This document shows positions 49,609 through 61,786 of a stretch of 64,000 bases of DNA, in pieces. The DNA comes from Mantamonas sphyraenae STR306 (lineage: Eukaryota > Protista > CRuMs). Location of the stretch: contig JAPMXV010000006.1 in NCBI GenBank assembly GCA_026936335.1, forward strand, positions 186,001-250,000. The letters are read 5' to 3'. The first letter of the stretch is position 1, and each line of letters begins with the position of its first letter. A program made the translations under genes and the position numbers. The notes below the pieces were generated by a model. That model saw only the letters and a list, made by a program, of their open reading frames with translations. It searched no databases and had not been told where the DNA came from.

Positions 49609-52600
49609 ATGGCCAAGAAGGGCAAGAAGGGAAAGGAAAAGGTCGACGTGGAGGAGATCCAGCTCGAGGACGTCGGTATGTGTGGAGAGGAAGCGGTGTG
49701 TGTGCAGCAGGCAGCTTTGACACGGGCGTTTCTTGCATCAAAAACGGACCAAGAAACTGACACGGATTTCGCCTTGGCTACAGCACCGGCTGCGGAGGGC
49801 GCCTCGTCGTCGTCGTCCTCGTCGGCGCCGAACCAGCCAAGCACGCCGAGCACTCCCATGCACTTTGACACCAAGCGCATGAGCTCATCGCTCGCCCTGG
49901 GCAACATGGGCATGAGCGGAACCGATCTTTCTCACTTGCTTCCCCAGCAGATGGAGAAGGAAGAAACTGCCGAAGAGGATGAGTCTGGTGAGTGCTGGTG
50001 TCCATCGAGACGCACAGAATGGTTGTGCATGCAGACGACATGGCCTTGGTTATGTCCCTGAGTCACCCACTGCCCCCTGTTCCATTGGCCCTGCGCCGTT
50101 TTCCGTTTTTGGAGGAGCTCCGAGAAATCGCGCGCACGCCTCCTTGTAGTGTCTGACAATCGAGGCTCCCTCGCACGCTGGACATCCCCCTTTCCACAGA
50201 GAGCGACGAGCAGTATCTGAATCCGAACCTGGAGGTGCCCGAGATCGACGAGCCTGTGCACGGCAACTACCCCGAGGGTTTCGACGTCGAGGTGCGTTAC
50301 TTTGAGCGCGGATGTCAGCCCAAACTCCACCGCCGTGCGCAAACGTGCGCCCTGCTCACACCCTTGTGCGCACACACACACACACACACACACGTGTACT
50401 GCACCTTGTCACACCACAGAGCTTCAACAAGAAGCGCTACGGATTCAAGTTCCGTCAGTACCGGCCGTCTTTGTTTGACCGAAGCGTGCCGCCCATGCGG
50501 CTGCCCACGCAGATTCCCGTGGCCGAGCGCCTGCTGGACATCCAGTACATCACGACATGCCCTGCAGAGATGATCCACCTGGTGTGCTTTGCCAATCTGC
50601 AGCTGCCTCGCAAGATGTTGCGCTCTCTGCCCAAGCTGTTGAACCATTTTGTCAACTGCGAGGTGCTCATCGTGCGCGACAGCGGCTTGTCGCAGGTGGA
50701 AAAGATTGACCTGCCCATGCTGCGCCTGCTCGACCTGGCCAACAACAACATCCAGGACATTGGGCAGGTGACGAGCTTGGTGAAGCACTCGCCCAACATT
50801 GAGATTCTGGACGTCAGCGGAAACGCCGTGTGCAACAAAGCCAACCTCAAGTGGAAGGTCATTGCCGAGCTTCGCTACATCAACGTGTACAACACCAAGC
50901 AGGTGTCGCCCGGCGACAAGGCGTACGCGTTTGACCAGTACGGCTCGCGCAAGGTGCGCAAGGCAAACCCGCAGATGAAGTGGGACTTTACCTTTTGCTC
51001 CCTCGAGCCTGTGCGCAAGATGCAGATGTGGAACCCCGAGGTCATCAAGCAGCTCTACTTTCCCAACATGTCCCTGGACAGCTTCTCCGTGGGCACGTTC
51101 ATCAACCTGGAAGAGCTCGACCTGAGCAACAACGAGATTGTCACCCTCGAGGGTGCCGGTCTCGAGCGCTGCAACCTGCTCAACTACCTCAACGTGGGCA
51201 ACAACAAGATCAAGAATAAGGACAACCTGGACGTGCTGCAGTACATCCCGTCGCTGCGCCGCCTGGTGCTCGACGGCAACCCTCTCAAAGGCTACCGCTC
51301 GCAAGTGCTGTACACGACGCGCAAGTTGCTGGGCACCAACCGACAGGCGGGTCTGCAGGAGCTCGACGGCGTGCATATCACCATTGAGGACCAGCTGCGC
51401 GCCCTGGCTGCGCACGACAAGAAAGCTCTGAACGAGATCCCGCAGCTGCGCTGGAAGGCCAACATGGTGCAACAGTTTGGCTCGTACCAGCTCCACGAGA
51501 TGCCGGGCTTCTCTGCCACCGTGCAGCTCATCCGCATGCCTCAGCGAGGCCTGGACTTTGCCGACGTCAGCTTCTTTCCCAACCTGCGCGTGCTGGACCT
51601 GAGCAACAACCAGCTGAGCCACGTGACCGGTCTGGACAACTGCTTGGAGCTACGCTACCTGGACATCTCTGGGAACGCCCAGGTGAATGTCAAGAGTGTG
51701 GTCAAGCAGTTGGAGAAACACCAGGCGCTGCAGCACATCCTCATCACCGTGCGCTCCAGCAAGAGCATCCATGAGCCGAGCAAGAAGGAGTCGAAGAAAC
51801 TGGCCAGCGAGATCACCGCCAACCGCAAGTTGGTGATGGAGAACCTGTTCTTCAACAACCCGGGTCTGCGACGCATCGACGGCACCATCATCAACATGAC
51901 GGAGATGGTCAACGCGTACGCCAGCGTGGAAAGCAATGCGTCCAAGGTGGAGGAGTACCGCTTCAACCTCGCCCTGACCATCAACTGCACCCAGCCGGCA
52001 AACCGCATGTACCACTTTAGCAGCGTGGGCATCGGCCAGCAGTACGACCCGCAGACGGTCAAGTCCCTGGCCAAGCTGAACAACCTCAACCTGTCGTCGG
52101 CCACAGTCAACTTTGCGCCGTTCACCAACCTGCGCACCATCAACATGAAGGGCAACAAGAACGTGCTGACGCTGAACAGCATGGCGCTTCTGGAACTGCC
52201 CGATCTGCGCTACATCGACGTGCGCAACTGCGGCATCAACGACTCGCTGAGCGAGATTGCATCCTTGCTGGACCGTATGGCCAAGCTCAACACCATCATG
52301 CTGATGGGCAACCCGTGCATGGGCAAGAACTACAGCAAGTCGCGAAGCATCATCATTGGCGCCATGGAGACAATGCACAACGTGACCTGCGAGCTGCGTG
52401 TGATTGACGAGGAGGTGACGATCTCGGAGCGCATCAAGGCGTGGAAGAAGCAGGGAGCAAGCGACAAGGAGGCCGAGGAGCTGCGCTGGCAGGCGACGCT
52501 GTACATGGTGCGTCCTCGCGACGAGAACGGCGACCTGTTGCCTGACGACCAGGTGCTTGGACTGGACTTGAACAAGAAGGAGCTGGCCACCATGGACGTG

Positions 52601-55600
52601 ACCCCCTTTGTGAACCTGCAGAAGCTGCTGCTGAGGGACAACGAAATCCGCAAGGTGGACCACATTGTGGGTTTGGCCGCGTGCAAGAAGCTGCTGGTGC
52701 TGGATCTGCGCAACAACAAGATGCAACGCATGGCCGACGTGGCCGAAATCATCGACAACCTGCCCGAGCTGCGCAACCTGGGTCTGGACGGCAACCGCTT
52801 TGCGGGCAAGAACTACCGCTCGCACCTGCTGCGCGACGTCAGCTCGCTGCACGAACTGGACTGCAAGCTGCAGAGCCTGGACGAGACGGAAATTGAAATT
52901 GACGAGATTGTGGATGCGTGGGCTGCATCTGGAGGCGGCCATCAGGAGCGCGAGATCTTCCGCTTCCGCAAGAACCTGATGCGTCGCACACCCGTGGAGA
53001 TGGTGGCAGCAGAGCTGACGGAACTGGACATGAGTGGCACAAAGCTGGAGTACCTGGACTTTTCCGAGCTGGTGAACATCAAGAAGCTGTCGCTGGCAAA
53101 CAACAGGCTGGTGACAAAGTCTCTGGAAACCGGTGGACTGGACAAGCTCACGGAGCTGCAGGCAATCGACCTGAGCAACAACCGCATCCAGTCGATTGGG
53201 TACGTGCAGCAGCTCGTGAACAAGCACTGGACCAAGCTGGCCGCAATCTACCTGGAGAACAACAGCTGCTTTCCGAGCAACAACAACGACAACCGCGTGG
53301 GCTTCCTGCGCGGCCTGGAGCAGATGAAGTACTGCAGCGCCACACTGAAGATCCTGAACGGCGACTTGATTACCGTGAACGAACGCTGCGAAGCAAACCC
53401 GCGCAACCTCAAGTACAAGGAGCTCGAACGGTTCCGCTTTGCGCTGAGCGTGGAACAGATCGGCCCCGACAGGGAGGCGGAGCAGATCATGCTGAACGGG
53501 TTTGGCTTGCGCGAGGTGCGCGACGTCGTGTCGTTCAGCCATCTGAAGGCGCTGGACCTGTCTCACAACAACCTGGAGGCTGTGAGCACGCAGCACTTTG
53601 CAGACTTGAAGCAGCTGGTTGTGCTGAACCTGTCGTACAACAACCTGCAGGACGACAAGGAGGCCATCGACGGCCTGTCGTACTGCTGGCGCCTGCAGCA
53701 GCTGTGGCTGACGCACGCGTTTGGCAGCAACACCAAGTACCACACGCCGGGCAACTATGTGGACGAGGTGTGCAACGAACTGCGCGGCCTCAAGCACCTG
53801 GACGAAGTGGAGAACCCGAACCCGCTGAGCGACGACCAGAAGACGGTGATCCGCTGGTTCCGCAAGAAGGCGCCGGGCGCAGTGAACCCGAACCGTCTCT
53901 TTTCTGTGGATCTGAGCAACCAAGGCCTGCAGGAGGACGACTTTCAGCAGGTGCTGGCCGGTCTGACGGCGCTGCCGATCCGTACGCTGCGCACAAAGGA
54001 GAACCCCATGTTCAAGCCGACAAACCGCCTGCTGATCCTGTACCTGGTGAACTTTGGCGGCCTGCACATGCTGGACGACGAAGAGGTGACGGAGGCCGAG
54101 GTGGCCAATGCGGTGAAGAAGTACAGCAAGGAGAAGGAGGAGCTGAACAGCAAGTTTGACCCCAAGACGCTGAACAGCGCACACTCTGCATCGCGCACGC
54201 ACCGGGCCAAGAGCATGGGCGAGAAGGCAAGCAACATTGCGACGTTGGCAGACGAGGGTGTGGTGGTCAAGGCGACAGGCAGCATCCTGACCAAGTCGGA
54301 GATTCTGGTGAACTTTTTCCAGATTTTCGGCCTGCTGTTCCTGTTTGTGCCGCAGGTGGCGTGGCCCAAGATCTTCATCGACTGGACGTTCTGGACATTT
54401 GCGTTCACAATCGACTTTGACCTGCTGATCCCGTTCCAGATCCCGGTGGATTGGCAATGGGCGAAGTTTGGCCTGTTTATGGGCGTGCCGCTGCTGCTGT
54501 TCCTGATCTACAACATCAATCCGAACGAAGACAAGTGGCGAGCGATGTTTGTGGAGAATTGGGGCGCAACCCGCTCGACACACCAGTGTCTGCTGCTTGC
54601 ATGGCTGCTGGTGTCGCTTGCGGCGGGCTTCTTCCTGTTTATGGACCAGAACCTGGCACACCCGACGTACCTGGACACCAACGGCTTTTCGTTGTTTGTG
54701 GCAATGGGTGGCGTGGGATTGATTGTGTACCTTGTGTGGTACTTCAACGCGCGTGCGTACATCAAGAGTGTGGAGCGCAAGGACGACGAATACTTTTTCA
54801 ACTACAAAAAGACAAAGAAGCGCATCTGCCTGTTTGCCCTGACGGTGATGTACATGCCGATTGTGAAGACGGTGCTGATGAACTTCAAGTGTGCGGACAA
54901 CGGGGCGGGTCTGGAACGCTGGCCTGCGCTGCCGTGTGTCACGGGCACGCAGGACCTTGCGCTGATCCACTACCTGAGCATTTTCTTTGGTTTGTTGTAC
55001 AGCCTTGGCATCCCGCTGTTCTTTGCGCGCCTGATTGCCAAGGGTGTGTCGGACATTGACCGCTCGTACAAGTTTACGGAGAAGAAGAAGCGCATCGAAG
55101 AGAAGCGACAGGAGATGAAGGACAACAAGGACGCGTCACGACGCAAGGAGCTGAAGAAGGAGGTGGAAGACATGGAAGAGGATTTTACGCGTGAGTATGC
55201 GTTCCAGACGAAGCGATGGAGCAGTGCGCAGGCGTACCTGTACATGCCCTACGAGCGCCACTTCCGCTTCTACAAAATCTTCCAGATGCTGGAGAAGGGT
55301 CTGCTGCTGGCCATGAGCATTTTCCTGGTGGGCAGCGCGGCTGTGTTTGCCGGAGAGGCTGTGCTGGGCGCGTTTTCGCTGCTGGCGTACGTCAGCCGTC
55401 CGTTCTCGGACGACCTGGAAGACTACATGGACATTGTGTCGCGCACAACCAACTTGGTGAACATGACGCTGGGTCTGTTCATCACGCTGGACGCGAGCGC
55501 GCCTCTGGACTGGTTCCGTGCATACATCACGCCGTATCTGGAGCTGATCCTGTTTGCTGTGAACGGCTTCCAGGTTGTGTTTGCCCTGTTTTCGTTCCTT

Positions 55601-56318
55601 GCGCAGCCGATCCGTGCGTGGGTGGCCAACCAGGAGCTGTTCCAGGCGGCGCGCCGTGCAGCCAAGGCGGGTGCGCGTGCAGCGGCAGAGGCTGCGGAAA
55701 AGGCAGCCGAGGCAGCCAAGGAGGCGGCGCAGAGCACAGAGGCAGGCGAGCAGGCAGTGGAGACGGCGGAGCACGTGCGTGACGCAGCCTAAGCAGGCGC
55801 TGCCCGGTCAGGACGAGCTGGAGGGCGTGGATGCGAGCGCAAACGTGCTCAACCAGGTGGATTACGGCGATGTGGCAAACGAGGTGAACGCTGCAGCAGG
55901 CGTGGCCGGCGCCGAAATTTCCGAGAGGACGCGTGCGGCACTGGAGGCAGCACCTGGAGCGGCGGCCGGCGCAGCCAACGCCGCTCGCGACGCAGGCAGG
56001 AGTGCAGCGGGAGCGGCAAGTGCAGCTCTGCAGGGCAGAACGGGCTACGACGTGGATGTGGGTGCAGGCGTGGGTGCAGCCGCCAACAGGATGGCGGCGG
56101 CGGCAGGCGACACGACGCAGGAACGCCTGACGACGGCAGGCGGAATGGTGGCAGGCGCAGTGGCGGCCAAGAAGACGCAGAACAAGTATGCCAAGAAGGA
56201 CGACGAAAGCAGCGACGAAGACTACGACGGTGACGCGAGGGAACTGGCGCACAAGATCGAGATGATGTATGCAGAGGAAGATGATTGGGACAGCAGCGAG
56301 GAGGAGGAGAGCGATTGA
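49609..56318 (+). CDS. Very large protein: ~8 tandem LRR+LRRcap modules, multi-TM domain, Ala-rich tail; 3 introns (49676-49783, 49988-50199, 50292-50419); apparent +1 frameshift near 55788
   Basis: 1826-aa ORF with LxxLxLxxN repeats and repeated YR...L..LD...I...E...A caps, then ILVNFFQIFGLL...VAWP and further hydrophobic helices. Continues in frame 55575-56318. Confidence 0.75.
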
Positions 56319-56372
56319 CGGAAGAAAGAAGGGAACAAAAGAAAGGATTTCATCGCATCTCCGTGTGCACAA

Positions 56373-59300
56373 TCATGCTGTCTGTGGGCCTGAAGCAGAG
56401 AGGTTTCGCATTTGGATGTCGCCGCGGGCGTTCATGCTGAACACCTCGGGGTAGAGGTTCTCCCAGTCGGGCACTGTATAGTTGCGCAGGGTGAGCGAGG
56501 AAAGGACGACTGAGACGGAGGAAAGGGCCATGGCGGCCCTGCGGCCATGGGAGGAAGCATGATGCGGAAGAAAGGGTAGAAGACGCCCGCTGCGAGGGGA
56601 ATGCCCAGGGTGTTGTAGCCAAGGGCCCAAAAGAAGTTGAGCTTGATGCGGTTGAAGGTTTTTGAGCTGAGGTCGATGGCCGTGAGGACGTCGAGGACGT
56701 TGCTGTGCATAAGAACAATGTCGGCACTCTCGATGGCGACGTCTGTGCCGGAACCGATGGCAAAGCCGACGTCGGCCTGGACGAGAGCCGGGGAGTCGTT
56801 GATGCCGTCGCCAACCATAGCCACGACGGCGTCCGGATGGGCATCCTGCAGCTCCTTGACCTTTTGGGCCTTTGCCGAAGGGATGACCTGTGCATGGACC
56901 ATGTCGATGCCGATTTGTTGGGCAACGGCGACGGCGGTGCGCCTGTTGTCACCAGTGACCATCCATGGGGTGATTCCCATGCCCTTGAGAGCACGGATGG
57001 CCAGCGGGGCCTCGTCCTTGATGGTGTCCATGACAGCCATCATGGCGACGACGGCGCCGTCGAGGGCAAAGAGGACGACGGTTTTGCCCTGTTCCTCCAG
57101 GGCAGCCATCTGTGCGTCGACTTGCTCGCTGACACACACATCGTTGCGTTCCATGAGCTCGCGGTTGCCCAGGGCCACCGCGTAGTGGCCCACGGTGCAG
57201 GTGACGCCTTGTCCCGGAACCACATCGAAATCGCCGGCTGTGGGAAGCTTGGCACTCGCCTGTGCTTCTTGCAGGTATTCCTTGCCAAAGGTGACGATGG
57301 CCACGGCCACAGGTGCTCCGAAGACGCCTCGGCTGCGGTCATGACACGCACCACCTCTTCCAGAGGCATGTCGTGTGCGGGAGAAGAGGAGGTGGAGGAG
57401 GAGGAGGAAGAAGAGGAGGATGACGTGAATGTAGGCTGTGTCTGAGCGGCGTCGAGGACGGTGACAATGGCGCCGCCGCGGCCAAACTCGGTCTGTGTGT
57501 CGTCGGGGGGACCGCCTGTGTGGAAGAGGGTGACCTCTGTGACGACAGGCTTGCCGTGTGTGAGGGTGCCGGTCTTGTCAAAGATGATGGTGTTGATGGC
57601 GTGGGAGCGTTCGAGGCTCTTGCCGCTCTTGATGAGGATGCCGCGTGCAGCGCCGACACCCGTGCCGACCATGACGCAGGTGGGCGTGGCCAGACCCAGA
57701 GCACAGGGACAGGCGATGACGAGGACAGAGATGGCAAAGAGGAGGGAAAACACGTTGGGGTTGAGGTGGTCGGGGATGTAGTCGGCCGGAAGGATGACCG
57801 AGTGGACGACGGCAAGCCAGATGAAAAAGGTGAGCAGGGCTATGGCAACCACAACGGGCACAAAATAGCCCGAAATGGTGTCTGCCAACTCCTGGATGGG
57901 TGCCTTTGAGGTTTGGGCCTCTTGGACGAGGCGAGTGATCTGCGCAAGGGCGGTGTTGCCTCCGACGCGCTCGGCACGCATATGGATGAGACCGTCGCGG
58001 TTAATGGTGCCTCCAATGACCGAGTCTCCCTTGGTCTTTGTGGCTGGCATGCTTTCGCCCGTGATCATGGCTTCGTCGACGCTGGCCTTGCCGTAGACGA
58101 CCACGCCGTCGACCGGGATGGTCTCGCCAGGGACAACCTTGAGCCGGTCGCCTACTTGCACATACTCGAGTGGAATGCGCCTTTCATCCGCAATGTGGCC
58201 CTCTGCATCGATTTCGAGGAGGGTGGCTTCGGTGGCGCTGAGCTGGAGAAGCGTGCTGATTGCTTCCGAGGTTTTGCCCTTGGCACGCGTTTCGAGATAC
58301 TTGCCCAGAAGCACAAAGGCAATGAGCATGGAGGAGGTTTCAAAAAACAGAGCCTGCTGGCCGATCTCGGGGGCGGCCATCTGCATGAGAACGGCGCCGA
58401 CGGAGTAGAAGTAGGCTGCGGAAGTGCCCAGAGCAATGAGGACGTCCATGTTGGCAGAGCCGTGGCGCAGCACCTTGTAACTCTTGACGTAGAATTGCTT
58501 GCCGACGACAAACTGCACCGGGGTGGCGAGGGCCCACTGGAGGAGGGCGTCGATGGTGAGGCCCGGGGACACGGTGTCGTGGAGCTCGTTGTGGTTGCCG
58601 GCAATGGGTGGATAGATCATGGCGACAAACATGATGATGAGGGAGACGAGGAGGGCAAAGACGAGTTCGCGCCACTTGTGGGCCATGGCGGCGGCGGCCG
58701 GGGAGGACGTCGGGTCGTCGGTGCGGATCTCTGTGAGGAGGCCCATGGAGTTGGACAGGTACTCGGTGATGCTGCGCACACCCGTGTGTTCCATGTCGTA
58801 GGAAACCTCGAGGGTAAAGTCTGTCTGCATGCGAATGTTGTCGAGGGATGCCATCTGGTGGCGCGCGGATCGCACGGAGGAGCCCGATTTGCGCAGGGTG
58901 TGAGACTCGTCAAAGGGCTGGCCATCGTGAGACAGCACATTGACGGAGGTGATGTTGGGTGCAAGCGCCTGGGTGAGCTGGACGGTGACATCTGCGACTG
59001 TGGGTGGTTCGCGGCCGCGTGCAATGCGTGTGACCTTGAGCAGGACGTGGCCCGAGGTGTTGTCAACACATCGGGAGGCGCTGAAGCCGATGGAGTCGAT
59101 TTTGTCGATGAGCTGGTCGACGTCGACAAAGAGGGGATCGTACCCGATGGTGACCTTTTCCACAAGCAGGGCCACGGCGACGCGAAACACACCGGGCATG
59201 GGCTTGAGATGGCGTTCGATGCTGGCCACACACGAGGCACAGGTCATACCGGTGACGGAGAGGACGACGGTCTCGAGATGGGCAGGTGTCTCAGCCTCGT

Positions 59301-60693
59301 CGGCCACGCGGGCCTTAAAGGGACCGGCCTTTTGGATGGCCTTTTGAATGCGCGAAATGAAGTTGGTTGGCAAGGATTTGCTGACGTATGCCGGAAGGGA
59401 GACGACAGCAAGGCTTGTGTTGTAGTCGACCTGGATGTCTGCGTCCTTGGGCACCTCGTTGGCAATGCTTTTGGCAATGGTACGCGGGCAGTTGTCACAA
59501 AACATACCATCGATGCTGAATCTCACATGCATCAGGGCTGTGGTGTCTGTGATTTCAGCGTCGTCAAGTTCGTCCTCGTGCCCGGAAAGTGCAAAGATCT
59601 CGTCCTTTGGCGGCTGCGGGGCAGAGGAAAAGTCGAGGACGGGCGAGGTGGACTCGCTCTGGGCGGTGGGCGGTTGGGATGGGGTGGACGCGGTAGAATT
59701 GGAGGTTGGAGCCTGCTGGAAGGAGCAGGCGTCCACTGCGACTTCAAACTCTTCCTCGTCGCGGAGGAGGTGGGTGATGGTGTCCAGAGTGGCCTGTGCT
59801 GTATCTTCCGAAGCAAAAGTGAGGTGGACTTGCTTGTCGTCGAGTACGATGTTGTAGTTTGCAAGTTCCGGCTGGTCCTTGAGAACGGAAGTTACGGTGC
59901 GGACACAGTGGCTGTGGAAAGAGTGAGTAAGGACGTAAGGAGGGAATCGAGTGGGTAACGTTGTGGAGGTGGGTGAGGGTGCGGAAAACGTACTCGCACG
60001 TCATGCTGACGGAAAGAGAGGCAGAAGGCGGGAGATCGGAATGGAGCACGGCGACTTCAAACTCTTCTTCGTCGCGGAGGAGATGGGTGATGGTGTCCAG
60101 AGTGGCCTGAGCTGTATCTTCCGAAGCAAAAGTGAGGTGGACTTGCTTGTCGTCGAGAGCAATGCGGTAGTTTGCAAGTTCCGGCTGGTCCTTGAGCACG
60201 GAAGTTACAGTGCGCTCGCAATGGCTATGGATGGCGGGATGAAGGGTGGGGTGAGTAAAGGAGGGAAGGAGGGAATTGAGTGAGTGGGTGAAGGTGGACG
60301 GAGTTACGTACCCGCAGGTCATGCTGACAGAGAGCGTGGCGGTGGGCGGAAGATTCGAGTCCAGCACCGTGACTTCAAACTCTTCCTCGTCGCGGAGGAG
60401 GTGGACGACGGTGTCGAGAGTGTTCTTGGCCGTGTCTGCAGAGGCAAAGGTGAGGTGGACTTGCTTGTCGTCCAAAGCAACGGTGTAGTTGGCAAGACCC
60501 GGCTGGTTGGAAAGCACGGATGTGACCGTGTTTTCGCAGTGGCTGGGAAGGGAGGGGTCGGCAGGTTTGGAGAGGTGAGTGGGTCAGTGCAAAGGAGATG
60601 GAAGGAGATGGGTGGTGGGATGGGAAGAACGTACCCGCAGGTCATGCTGACAGAGAGCGTGGCCTTGAGTTCGTCTTCTGGAGCGTCCGCCAT
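56373..60693 (-). CDS. ATP7: Copper-transporting P1B-1 ATPase (ATP7/CCC2-like) with 5 CxxC HMA domains; 3 introns; apparent frameshifts near 57312 and 56538
   Basis: MTCGHC, MTCGHC, MTCDHC, MFCDNC and MTCASC; TGES, IACPCALGLATPT, DKTGTLT, SEHP (across shift), MVTGDN, MVGDGINDSPAL, YN and MALSSVSV (Cu+ type TM motifs). Confidence 0.96.
59994..60542 (-). repeat. Two duplicated 231-nt symmetric (phase 2-2) exons, 60312-60542 and 59994-60224, each one HMA repeat; a third copy starts the next exon at 59911
   Basis: Introns 60543-60634, 60225-60311 and 59912-59993 all start GTACGT and interrupt the codon after MTC. The exon translations are highly similar. Confidence 0.9.
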
Positions 60694-60822
60694 GATTTGA
60701 GTTGGAGTCTCAAGAGCAAAAAGGTGTGGGGTTGCGATGAGTTGCGGATGGCGAATGATGAAAGGTAGGGGGAGTTGGGAGGTGAGATGCGCTGTGGAGG
60801 ACACAGGAAAGAAAGTAGCGAG

Positions 60823-61731
60823 ATGTGCATGTTCAATCGCCCCGTGAAGGATGTGAGCGCCACCAAGATCTTTGTGGGCCCGGCTGCCGATGGCAGGCAG
60901 CTGACGGTGTATCAGAACGAGGTGGCTGCGGGCAACAGCAGCAGCAGCAGCAGCTCGCTGTCGTTGGAAATGTACGTGGAGCAGCAACGCGGCAGCAGCA
61001 ACGAAGAGGCTGAGAATACGAGCCCATACCAGGATGCCATGGTGCTGCCTGTGCCCGTGAGTGTCGAGAACCCGGATGAGGAGAACCATGGGATCACACT
61101 CATCGATCTGAGCGACTACGAGTCCGTGTTTGACGACCTGAAGAAAGCGTTCACAAAACCCACAAAATCTCGCTCTCGCAACGCCCGGTTTGCGTCGTCC
61201 AGCAGTCGCATGCTGGAAGTGGTGACTGTGGGATCGTACAAGATCAGCATCGTGCCCACACTGGACGACTTTGATCGCTTGGACGCATCTGTGTTTGCGC
61301 TCTCGCCCGACCTGGGAAAGGTGTTGGCGGAGCACTACCCCAGCGGCTATGCGTTCCTGGCATGCGTGTTCACCGAGGGTGGCAAGATGCACCCCGTGGC
61401 GTACGAGCATGCACGCAAGGAGGAGGCAGAGCTGTTTGTGCCTACGCGTCACGAGCACGGCGACGGCAACCAGTCAAAGGCACACTGGGACCACAGCATC
61501 TACTGGAGCTTTGGGACGGGCAAAGCGACAGAGACGGACAGCACGGCAGCAGAGATGGTGAATGGGCTCAAGGTGGAGACGGCATACACGACGTCCAAGG
61601 TCGACTGGAGCAAACTTCCAGAGACGCTGGTGCAGCCGAACCAGGGCAAGGACTTGTTCCATCTTGCATGCAAAGGCATGCAACCAAATGTGGATCTGTT
61701 TCTGGAGGCGAACGTGGAGGCGTTGGCATGA
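60823..61731 (+). CDS. Uncharacterised intronless protein, paralogue A (MCMF...AMVLPVP...HEHG...HWDH)
   Basis: 302-codon ORF with a near-identical tandem copy; natural-looking composition; function not recognised. Confidence 0.8.
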   Translation: MCMFNRPVKDVSATKIFVGPAADGRQLTVYQNEVAAGNSSSSSSSLSLEMYVEQQRGSSNEEAENTSPYQDAMVLPVPVSVENPDEENHGITLIDLSDYESVFDDLKKAFTKPTKSRSRNARFASSSSRMLEVVTVGSYKISIVPTLDDFDRLDASVFALSPDLGKVLAEHYPSGYAFLACVFTEGGKMHPVAYEHARKEEAELFVPTRHEHGDGNQSKAHWDHSIYWSFGTGKATETDSTAAEMVNGLKVETAYTTSKVDWSKLPETLVQPNQGKDLFHLACKGMQPNVDLFLEANVEALA

Positions 61732-61786
61732 TGTGGATGGGAGTGCGTTTGGAGGGCAAGCGAAAACAAAGCTTGTGTTGTTCGAG

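Noticed and set aside
51650-54970. Long antisense ORFs (1106 aa here; also 46848-49913, 21870-23948, 57913-59958, 34298-36046, 51-779)
   Set aside because: Shadows of GC-rich coding sequence on the opposite strand; composition (V/L/H/Q-rich) is the reverse-complement signature and no domains are recognisable.
55787-55793. GCC-TAA-G as a Euplotes-like +1 programmed frameshift at a stop codon
   Set aside because: The other two +1 sites have no stop at the shift, and no motif is shared across the ten sites; a one-base insertion in GCT AAG explains it.
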